A DNA stretch of 63,550 nt, counting the filler, from Octopus bimaculoides (Eukaryota): NCBI RefSeq assembly GCF_001194135.2. It is 6 parts of 6 records of this genome, joined end to end, with 100 filler letters (N's around TTAATTAATTAA, not from the genome) between each part and the next. Parts side by side here need not be neighbours in the genome. Positions count along the whole stretch, not along the records: positions 53,467 to 59,320 come from NC_068985.1; positions 59,421 to 62,425 come from NC_068994.1; positions 62,526 to 63,550 come from NW_026341131.1; 3 more parts are not named here. One strand, written 5' to 3'. The position numbers and the translations under genes were made by a program. The notes under the pieces were generated by a model, which saw nothing but the letters and a program-made list of their open reading frames with translations, did not search any database and was not told the origin of the DNA. Shown one piece after another: positions 53,637-63,550 of the stretch (position 1 is the first letter of the stretch; each line of letters opens with the position of its first letter).

Positions 53637-54581
53637 GTGATGAAGACCTGCTGCAATATGCCGCGAAAGATATGGATATAAATGCAGATGAAATGATGAG
53701 CAAGGAGTTTAACCAAAGAGCTGAGGAGAAGAGAAAAGAAGACCTTCTTGAATGAAAATGCATAGACAGTTTGAAAGGAATACACAAGACGTTAAGGATA
53801 ATACAGCATCGTGGGTATGGCTTGAGCGAGGTGATCTGAAGCGTACCACCGAAAGCCTGATGATTGCTGCACAAGACCAGGCTCTCGCTACCGATTCAGT
53901 TAAGTATAACATCTATAAAACTTCTGACTCCCAGAAATGCAGACTCTGTGGAAAGAGTGTGGAAATTGTGACCCACTTGGTCAGTGGATATGAGGACCTT
54001 GCACAAAAGAAGACAAACGCCACCACGATAAAGTGTGTGTGTATCTTCATTGGCTCTTATGCCGTAAATACCAATATGAAGTATCAGAGAACTGGTATGA
54101 GCATGTTCCAAGTAAAGTTATGCAGGAAGATGGAAAAGTAACGATACTCTGGGACTGATTTTCAGACGGATCGTGTAATCGAACACCGTTGGCTGGATAT
54201 TGTCATATTGAGTAAGAGAGACAAATACTGTCAGATCATTGATATAGCCATACCAAATAACATGAATGTCGTGAGTAAAGACAGTGAAAAGATCACCAAG
54301 TATTCCGAATTGAAAGTGGAAATGGCAAGACTGTATGGAATGCGAGAGGATAATGTAAAAGTGATACCAGTAGTGATTGGAAAGTTGGGCTCAATCCCAT
54401 GGAAACTTCAAAACTTCTTAAGGCAACAGGAAATCCCATGCAAAATTGATGTCTTGCAAAAAGCAGCCATATTGGGCACAGCGCACATCTTAAGGAAAGT
54501 ATTATCTGTCTCAGGACCTTGTTGTGACTTGACAGATGACTCAAGTCTCCGGTGCATTTTTACCTACATTGTGTTACGAAG

Positions 54582-54583
<2 letters not shown>
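53636..54583 (+). mobile_element. 5'-truncated R4/Dong-like RLE LINE inside a (TAA)n array
   Basis: Frameshifted TESLMIAAQDQALAT, CRLCGKSVEIVTHLVSG, IIDIAIPN..KY.ELK, VIPVVIG.LG, LQKAAILGTAHILRKVL. (TAA)n on both sides. Confidence 0.9.
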
Positions 54584-54634
<51 letters not shown>

Positions 54635-54642
54635 TTAATAAT

Positions 54643-54739
<97 letters not shown>
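54584..54739. repeat. (AAT)n microsatellite, one of dozens of (TA)n, (CA)n, (AAT)n, (TAG)n, (GAT)n and (TATC)n tracts in the window
   Basis: Direct inspection. Confidence 0.95.
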
Positions 54740-55550
54740 GTGCATCAACAGTGAAAGAAGAAACATGGCAGAATATTTGGCTAACAGCAAAGAAGACCTG
54801 CTACAGTATGCTGCTAGTGCAGAAGAGGTTAACAAAAATGAACTTGAGAGTGCTCATGAATTCTGAACAAGAACAGCCAACGAAAGAGAAGAAACCCTAC
54901 TCCGTGTGGAATTACATGGTCAGTTCAACCAAGGGGTTAACAAATTAAAAGACCAGGGAGCATCATGGAGTGGTTACAGAAGGGTAGCCTAAAAAAGAAT
55001 ACTGAAAGACTAATCATCGCTGAATACCAACTCAGTGAAAAAGAATATATACCACACAAGTGCATCGGACCTCTGTAGAATGTGTGTGGAGAGGGTCGAA
55101 AGCGTTACTTACATTGTTAGTGCTTGTGAAAGTCTTGCGCCCAGAATTTCCACTGGCTACTATGCGTAAGTATGGATATGAGATTACGGGTGCTTGGTAC
55201 CAACAAACACCAGAAAAGGTAATGGACGAAGAGGGAAAAGCAAAAGTCCTCTAGGACTTTGATTTCCAGACAGACAAAGTGTTACAGCACCGACGGCCAG
55301 ATATAGTAACCTTTAGGTGGGTCAAACAAGAGTGCCTAATAATCGACGTAGCAGTGCCAGGAGATCAACATATCATCATGAAAGAAACAGAAAAAGTTGA
55401 TAAATATGGAGACCTGAGAATTGAGATCATTAAGATGTGGCAGCTACGAGAGTCGGACATAAAGGTTATCCCTATTGTCATCGGAGCATTGGGTTCAATA
55501 CCACCCAGTCTGAAAAAAACATCTGAAAACCTTAGAAATACCTTACAACG
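54740..55550 (+). mobile_element. Second, divergent 5'-truncated R4/Dong-like fragment in tandem
   Basis: SKEDLLQYAA ... HRRPDIVTF...CLIIDVAVPGD...EKVDKYGDL...VIPIVIGALG. Follows (AAT)n at 54584-54739. Confidence 0.85.
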
Positions 55551-56690
55551 GAACACACATACGCGCGCGAGCACTGCTTATCATTTTCGCAGTTATCCAG
55601 TATGCCATTTTCTTGTGTGGGTACTTTTCATGCTCACATTGAGAATTTATTCTCTGAGGCAGATTCGAAAGCTCGACCTTTGATCTAGGAGTAGTCGACG
55701 AGACAGAATCCAAATATGCCGTAGAAGCTACTCGATTGGAGATAACTTTATAATTTCGTAATTATCATTGTCATTCTAAGTAACAGGGCAATAGTTATTA
55801 GCATGGTATTTCATCTTTTATAATTACACAGCATTTACCATATTTTCTTGTTTAGCAGTCACTTCTGACCACAGACACGCCTACGCAGATGCTAATAACT
55901 TTCATTTCTCTTAAACATTCCGCACATATACGCTATCGAATTGCGATATAAAGTCAGGGATAGGGTCTCTACGCGGTTGCTAGATCTGCTAGAAATGGCT
56001 GTTAAATCACCCTCAAACGTCACATTTCTGTCTCAAAATACAAAGAATTCTTATTTAGCAAAAATATGGAATATGATCACGACCAGAATGGTTTTAAGTC
56101 GTTTGTCTGGTGAATCAGGGTTCATCTGTGTGCTTAACAACAACCGCAAAATGCGCTTTAGAGTCAATGTGGTCGCTTAAAGTGCTAGAAATAACAGCCA
56201 AATGTGTTTGAAATTGCACACTATTGCCTTAAAATAAGAACCCTAAAACTGACCTTAGGCACTATGTGGTATGGTTATGGGTGAAACGATTTTGACTGAG
56301 GATTTTTTGTGTTAAGCCTGAGGTTACACAATAACAACAACAAAAAACCGCAATATATATAACCTAGGCCGGTTAACGTACAATTTGATCTGAATCCCAG
56401 AAAACAAAAAAAAAAAAAATATCGTCTGTAGGTTGCCAAGTCTCCATTGAGACTTGACAACATACTGACGCTATATCATCAAGGTTTAAACATGGATCAT
56501 TGGTCTGCTGGATCGAACTGTCTTGGGGATACACAAATGCAACAGTAACCACTACCTTACAGATGCGTTGTTTCATTTCCCTATCTTTACTACTACTACT
56601 CTGAACTAGCAAGCAGCATATTTCCTTTACCCATGGACAACCGACACTCCATCATTCATAATGGGTAAAGATGAGTCATACAGACTCACA

Positions 56691-56899
56691 AAGCCGGTTT
56701 CCCCGTTTCTGTGCCGTATATATTCCCCTCTCCACGGGACGCCGGTTCGTTGCAGGATTATTCATTTTTGCAAGCTGAGTGAACTGGGGCAGCGTGAAAT
56801 GTAGTGTTTTGCTGAAGAACACAGCGCGTCGACCGGTCCAGGTATCGAAACCACAATATTACGATCATGAGTCCAATACCTAACTCTAAGCAACCTGCC
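56691..56899 (-). mobile_element. CORE-type SINE with alternative tail Y
   Basis: CORE-like tcatttttgcaagctgagtgaactggggcagcgtgaaat, with a tail resembling 59650-59722. Confidence 0.65.
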
Positions 56900-58214
56900 A
56901 CCACTTACTCCCTCACTCCCTCTTCTTGTCATCCTCTCTCTACCCGTGACATTACCCAGTTTATTATATTCTTTTACTAGCTGGCCCCGTGCCGTCAAAA
57001 ATGACGCCGAATTGTAGTATTTTATATATAAATAAGGTACAAAACCAAGTTTTCGTTTAGTAATTCTTACCAAATTTATATGATACCTTTCAACTGCAGT
57101 CTATTTATATTGTTGGGACACTCAGGCAATAATTATTTTCTCTAATGAGTTTGTATATGTATATGTTTGTGAAGATGTGTGTGTCATTGTAATAATTATT
57201 TTTAGCAAAACAAATAGAATATGGATGGTAAATCAAATTAATACACTTGTCAATGTTATCTAGTGGTTGTCTTTTGTGATGTGACAACGATCATCGTTTG
57301 TTACTGAAAGAACGCTGGTTCACACATATATTCACATACTGCCCTTGTACACGCACACATACACATATATACTCACAGAGAGTTAAAACGCTGTTTAATT
57401 TTACTTTTCAGCGTTGAATGTTCACCATTCCAGTTCCATTGCACACATACACAAACATTCGCATACCTCCCTTTTACATACACACACACACATATTCACA
57501 CAGAGTTGAAACGCTGCTTGAGTTTTTTCCACGTAAAATTTCCATCATCCCACTACCAGTTTGCCATTACCCCTTCCTTTCTCATACATATGTTGTGACG
57601 GAGAAAAACACAAGCATATCATTATAGTAGATTCTTTTACTTGTTTCAGTCATTTGACTACGACCATACTGGAGCACCGACATTAGTCGAACAAATCGAC
57701 CCCAGGACTTATTCTTTATCAGATTATTTACATTATTTACATTTGACGGATATTTGTCCTCATCTTGATTGTNNNNNNNNNNNNNNNNNNNNNNNNNNNN
57801 NNNNNNNNNNNNNNNNNNNNNNNNNNNNNNNNNNNNNNNNNNNNNNNNNNNNNNNNNNNNNNNNNNNNNNNNATGATTGCAGTACGCACGTTTCATGCTA
57901 CTCCATTTATTTAAGTAATGCTTATTTTGATTTTTTTATCACCTCGTTTTGGGAATGGTTTTTGTATAATACCATACCATACTATATTCTGGTGCCTAAA
58001 CATAAGTACCATATTCAATATTGAATCTAAATCTAAATCTTTTATATATATATATATGTATCTATTTATCTATCTACCTATATATATATATGTATATATT
58101 TTCTTGTCTACGTTTTGTTTGCAATGTCCTGTACCCAGATATGCACCTATATATACAGGTAGACGTAGGTATGCACATACCTGTACGTATATATGCATAT
58201 ACTCATTTATTATT

Positions 58215-58247
<33 letters not shown>

Positions 58248-58464
58248 TGTACATATATATGTATCTAGATATATATGTATATATATACATATATATGTAT
58301 CTAGATATATATGTATATATGTACATATATATGTGTCTATATATGTATATATGTATCTATATATATATATATATGTATATATGTACATATATATGTATCT
58401 ATATATGTACATATCTATCTATCTATCTATCTATACACGATCCCTATTGATCGCCCCCTCCCAC

Positions 58465-58496
<32 letters not shown>

Positions 58497-58598
58497 CTTC
58501 CCGCGATCCCTTTTGATCCAAATTATCCCCCCCCCCAAGCTCTACTTTGTAATTTGTCCATTTTCTGTATTTAGCCCTGTGTGGCTATAATAAAAAGA

Positions 58599-58633
<35 letters not shown>

Positions 58634-58636
58634 ATC

Positions 58637-58671
<35 letters not shown>

Positions 58672-59459
58672 ATATATGTGTGTATATATACATGATATGG
58701 GTGCTGGTGTAGTATGTGATCTACATTCAAAATTTTGTTATAAATTAGAGGCGTGAGTTAAACATTCAAAAAATTCAGAAAAAGAAACATTTCTATTGAT
58801 TTTTATTTCATGCTAGAAACATGAATACTGTGACTATTTGTATACAGCATGGATATCATTTAAAAATGCAATAAAGAGATTTTGCTCATTTGGTCTTAAA
58901 ATCTTCCAACAAATGAGATCTAAACGAGATTGAAATGTTTCACTTTAAAAATGAAACTATTCCACTAACTGAAACAATCACATTTCGATACTGTAATGAC
59001 AGATACTTTCAGAGAGAGAGAGAGAGAGAGATGTATATGTATATATATATAGATGTATATGTACACGTATATGTATAGATATATATGCATACATGTATCA
59101 TCATCATCATCATCATCGTTTAACGTCCGCTTTCCATGCTAGCATGGGTTGGACGATTTGACTGAGGACTGGTGAACCAGATGGCTACACCAGGCTGTAT
59201 ACATATGTGTAGATGTATATATATATAGATGTACATGTAATATGTACACATATATACATATATATACATACATACAGATATCTATACATATATCCACCCA
59301 TCACACACATACACATGGACNNNNNNNNNNNNNNNNNNNNNNNNNNNNNNNNNNNNNNNNNNNNTTAATTAATTAANNNNNNNNNNNNNNNNNNNNNNNN
59401 NNNNNNNNNNNNNNNNNNNNCAAACCATGTTTTTTACTTTGTGTCATTCTCAAACAAAA

Positions 59460-59609
59460 CACCTTGCAGACTGTTGGAGGGCAACCGAAGAGGTAATAAT
59501 TTGAAGGCACCGTATCGAACTCTGCTCAGAAACTGGGACGCATCTTGTTACTTGTATGATTCAGGACTGCCAGCTCAAACTGTTTGGCCATGTTGTTCAA
59601 TTTTCTAAG
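59460..59609 (+). mobile_element. RTE LINE fragment
   Basis: CMIQDCQLKLFGHVV resembles the RTE QLRLFGHV motif. Confidence 0.45.
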
Positions 59610-59915
59610 TTGTTGTTGTTGTTTGTTCCTTCTCGAGCCTTGCCTGGCTCATAAGGGTTGGTTTCCCGGTTTCATTGGCGTATAGGTTCCCCACCTGGAT
59701 GGGATGCTGGTCCGTCGCAGGTGAACTGCTAGATGCAGGAGGAAAGAGTGAGAGAAAGCTGTGGTGAAAGAGTCAGTAGAAGTTCGCCATTACCTTCTGC
59801 CAGAGCCGCGTGGAGCTATGGTGTTTTGTTCATCAACACATACATCATCCGGTCTGAGATTCGAACCCGTGATCCCTTGACCGTGGGTCCACTGCCCTAA
59901 ACACTAACCACTGCC
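59610..59915 (-). mobile_element. SINE with family-A head/body and tail Y
   Basis: Shares agagtgagagaaag.tgtggtgaaagag and the tRNA head with family A. Different 3' 110 bp plus (AAC)n. Confidence 0.7.
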
Positions 59916-60209
59916 ATCACCCCTTTCTTCCTTATTCATCTATCATCCCTTCGTTTCTTATTCATATGTTGTGACGGAGAAAAATACAAGAGGATTATTA
60001 TATGTGGATTATTTCCCCTTCATTTACATTATTTACATTTGATGAATATTTGTCCTCTTGTTTCTTGTTTGAAGGCTGGAGGGTATATCAGCTGAAACCT
60101 TGTGTTAGCAACAAACAAGATGAGGACAAATATCCATCAAATGTAAATAATGTAAATAGTTCCTCATTTCTTAAATATAGAACTGTATTTTCCCTTTGTT
60201 CTTTTATAG

Positions 60210-60557
60210 GAAGACATTGAACAAATATTAGATGTTTCCTCAGCCAATGTTTTCGATGTCACTGGTCTGATTAAGCAGTTTTTCCGGGAGCTGAAGGAAC
60301 CCCTGTTGACCAACGTATACCACACTGCCTTCCTGAAATGTCAACAGATGCGAGACAATGGTTCTATCGAGAAAGGTAGACGGGCCGCCTTAAAACTGTG
60401 CCTCCTGATCCCACCGGAACATTTAGGGACCCTGAAATTCACAATGAACCTGTTTCATAAGGTCGCTGCTCACTCTGCGCAGAATAAAATGACGGCTCGA
60501 AACCTGGCATTAATCATGGCCCCTAGTATTATGCACAACTGCCCCAAGGGGAACAAG
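60210..60557 (+). CDS. ARHGAP11A: RhoGAP-domain exon, ARHGAP11A-like (EDIEQILDVSSANVFDVTGLIKQFFRELKEPLL...NKMTARNLALIMAPSIMHNCPKGNK)
   Basis: Acceptor tccctttgttcttttatag, donor AAG|gtaatg. 348 nt, phase 0/0. RhoGAP motifs KQFFREL.EPLL and NKM...NLA...AP. The symbol denotes a like/orthologue candidate by recalled similarity. Confidence 0.85.
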
Positions 60558-61793
60558 GTAATGTATCGTTTGATGGATGACAAAATTCAATCACAAAGAT
60601 GAACAAATTAGCTTTAGTACTTATTTTTAAGCCTGATACGTATTCTATCAGTCACTTATTGGTGAACTGCTAAGTTACGGGGGACATGAACATAGCAACA
60701 CCAGTTGTTAAGTGGTGGGGAGAAATACAACACAAACACAAAGCACACACACACATATGCATCTTGCAGGCTTCTTTCCATTTCCATCTACCAGATCCAC
60801 TCACAGGGTTCTGGTCAGCCCAGGGCTATAGTAGAAGACACTCGCCCAAGGTGTCGTGCAGTGGGATTGAACTTGAAACCACATGATAACTCCACCCCAT
60901 CTCACAAGCACATTGGATGGCAGCAGTGGTTGCTTCTTGATGCTTTTTCATGCTTGCTTGGAATGGACACGGTCCACTTGGTATGATGTGGGAGAGCTTT
61001 GAGATAGTCTTTGGTAGACATAGACAGAAAGAAGCCTGCCGTGTGTGTATGCATTGCGCACATGTGTGTGTGTCTTTGTGTTGTATTTGTCCCCACCATC
61101 ATTTGACAACTGGTGTTGCTATGTTTATGTCTCCCATAACTTAGCAGTTCACCAATAAGAGACTGATAGAATACATATCAGGCTTTAAAATAAGTACCAA
61201 AGTTAATTTGTTCATCTTTGTGAATGAATTTCGTAGGCTGAAAGTAAAAGAAGCCCATTGTATATATTTGTGTGTGTGTGTGTGTGTGGATGTGAATGTA
61301 TGTGTGCATGTAAATGTGTATCCATATGTGTGTGAATGTATATATGTGTGTGTGCATGTGTATGCGTGTGTGTGTGTGTTCGTGTGAATGTGTGTGTGTA
61401 TGCATGTGCTCTTGTCTAGACATCATGTGATGGTCGTAAATAAGCAGCATCCTCATGCAGGTGAGGTTGTTTGTTTCCAGTCTTCTCTCTATGGGAAAAT
61501 ATTAGTTTACCTGGAAACAGGTGAGAACTGGCTGTGGAAAATCTGCCTCAACAACTGCAACCATGGAAAAGTGGATGTTTGGTGATAGTGATGATGGTGA
61601 TAGTGGTGATGATGGTGATGATGATGATGGTGGTGGTGGTAATGATGATGGTAGTGGTGGTGGTAGTGGTTGATGATGATGGTGGTGATGATGATGATGA
61701 GGATGATGAAACTTGTAAAATGTAAAATTTTTATTTCAGTTTTCCAATCCTTCCCTTCTCTTATCTGTCTGTCTGTTTGTCTGAATGTTCCAG

Positions 61794-62055
61794 ATGAGTG
61801 GACAAGAGGAAAAATGGCTGCCATTGAAGACGTCGCTACTTGAAATGCTCATTAACGAGCATGAAAACATTGGGCTTGTGTCTATTGAGCTGTGTGACCA
61901 GGCAAAAGAGATGGCAAATTTCTTCAACAAATTAAGCCCCTACAAATACGACGACATTGCTGAGGGCCGCATCACTCCTTTCACCAATGAAAATAACTCA
62001 ACTACAGCTGTAACAAAGAAGAAACAACATCAAAGAAGAAGTGGATCTCTTCAAG
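61794..62055 (+). CDS. ARHGAP11A: Following exon of the ARHGAP11A-like gene (MSGQEEKWLPLKTSLLEMLINEHENIGLV...KKKQHQRRSGSLQ-G)
   Basis: Acceptor ...ctgaatgttccag, donor G|gtaaaa at 62056, phase 0 in. Resembles the recalled post-GAP segment of vertebrate ARHGAP11A (MSS..EK.L.L......LI.....IG.V and a basic RRxS motif). Confidence 0.75.
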
Positions 62056-62095
62056 GTAAAAACGAAGTTGTTGTTTTAGCATTGCCTTCTAGCAC

Positions 62096-62366
62096 TTGTG
62101 CTGGTGGCACGTTAGAAAATCATTTGAGCGAGGTTGTTGCCAGTGCCGCTGGACTGGCTCCCGTGCAGGTACCACGTAAAAAACTCCTTTTGAGCTTGGC
62201 TGTTGCCAGTACCGTGTGACTGGCCCTCATGCCGGTGGCATGTAAAAGCAGTCACTACACTCTCGGAGTGGTTGGCGTTAGGAAGGGCATCCAGCTGTAG
62301 AAACTCTGCCAGATCAGATTGGAGCCTGGTGCAGCCTTCTGGCTTGCCAGTCCTCAGTCAAATCGT
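62096..62366 (+). mobile_element. RTE-tailed non-autonomous repeat with tandem structured ~55-66-bp subunits. Its 3' end also occurs at 59100-59196 (-)
   Basis: Repeated gttgccagt..actggc..gtgccggtggcacgtaaaa units, then ggttggcgttaggaagggcatcc. The 59100 copy ends in (GAT)n. Confidence 0.6.
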
Positions 62367-63515
62367 GGAGTCATGTCTAGCTATTTTTTTTGTTTCTTTG
62401 ACAGATTTTATGAGCAATATTGCAANNNNNNNNNNNNNNNNNNNNNNNNNNNNNNNNNNNNNNNNNNNNTTAATTAATTAANNNNNNNNNNNNNNNNNNN
62501 NNNNNNNNNNNNNNNNNNNNNNNNNACAGATAGCATTACTTGTAACTCACAAAGGCAAAAACAAGAAGAAAAAATCAATGAAAACTAACCATATGAGTGA
62601 TTATGAGTGATTATGAGTGATAAATACTCAATTTCCTTCATCAATACGATATTCCACTAGTTTGTGTCGATGTAGAATGTTCACTCGTTCATGCATGCAC
62701 AGTTTGCTAGCATGGTCGAATTTACTACTGGAATATCGTATTGATGAAGGAAATTGAGTATTTATCACTCATAATCCAGAAACGCGTCTGTGATTAACTT
62801 CGGAATGGTTAGTTTTCATTGTTTTTTTCTTTTAATTCAAGCATGGATATTAACCATGCAAGGGTATTAGCATAAGTAAAAATAAAAATAATGTATACCA
62901 AATTACAGTATGTAATATTTAAATATATACTTAATAATAGTAACAATAATATTGAACGTTGACATGCACTAATTAACCAAATAATATCATACATTTTAAT
63001 TTTAATACAAATTTTAAGAAGATATAAATTAGAATTTAGGAATTATTATAATAACTTAGTATAACTGTACTTACAAATCTAACATAATATAGTCATAAAT
63101 AATATACACCATGTTATTCTGCTAGATTATACAATACTTAAACATCATTTTAATAATGATGGTAGTAATAAAATTGAGTATTGATACCTACTAATTAACC
63201 GTATAACATTATAGATTTTAATTTAGGTAAAAATACTATATATCTATCAATGAAATCAATTTTGATGACGTAATAATCCACGTAATTATCATAAATGTAT
63301 AGAGTAAGCCCAAATATGAAGATTAAGTACACGATCTCAACGTGTATCTAAATGTATAAATATATAATCCAATAATGTAATAACTAGTAATAAATATAAT
63401 CATTAATATAATTATTTTGATAATCTTAGTATAATATACATATACGCTTAAGATCTAATGAAATAACTTTAGAACAAAATATTTATATATACACGCACGC
63501 ACACACACACATACG

Positions 63516-63547
<32 letters not shown>

Positions 63548-63550
63548 CAC

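Noticed and set aside
30506-62481. Recurrent TTAATTAATTAA motif in five gaps
   Set aside because: Always centred in ~100-bp N blocks and gives six-frame stops, so it is a scaffolding linker rather than biology.
2064-63550. Numerous ORFs rich in X, HT, YI, CV, poly-N or poly-I
   Set aside because: They are artefacts of N-gaps and microsatellites.

Overview
AT-rich, microsatellite-dense eukaryotic genomic DNA with many assembly gaps. The repeat families look like those of Octopus (recognised from memory, not verified by search). Two spliced + strand genes can be read. (1) Three phase-compatible exons (8381-8546, 19164-19267, 21189-21307) encode the C-terminal ~128 aa of a small 4-Cys protein of unknown family, which the ORF track misses. 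(2) Two exons (60210-60557, 61794-62055) encode part of an ARHGAP11A-like RhoGAP. The rest is mostly transposable elements: tRNA-derived SINEs that swap modules, RLE-type (R4/Dong-like) LINE fragments in (TAA)n arrays, Tx1/L1, CR1, RTE, mariner/Tc1 remnants, two foldback MITEs with telomere-like repeats, and two Penelope-like elements. The best find is a Penelope-like element (49696-52214) with inverted terminal repeats. Each repeat carries a minimal hammerhead ribozyme fold whose core is UUGAUAA instead of CUGAUGA, a compensatory U3-A8 swap of the C3-G8 pair. No CRISPR arrays, rRNA genes or true tRNA genes were seen.
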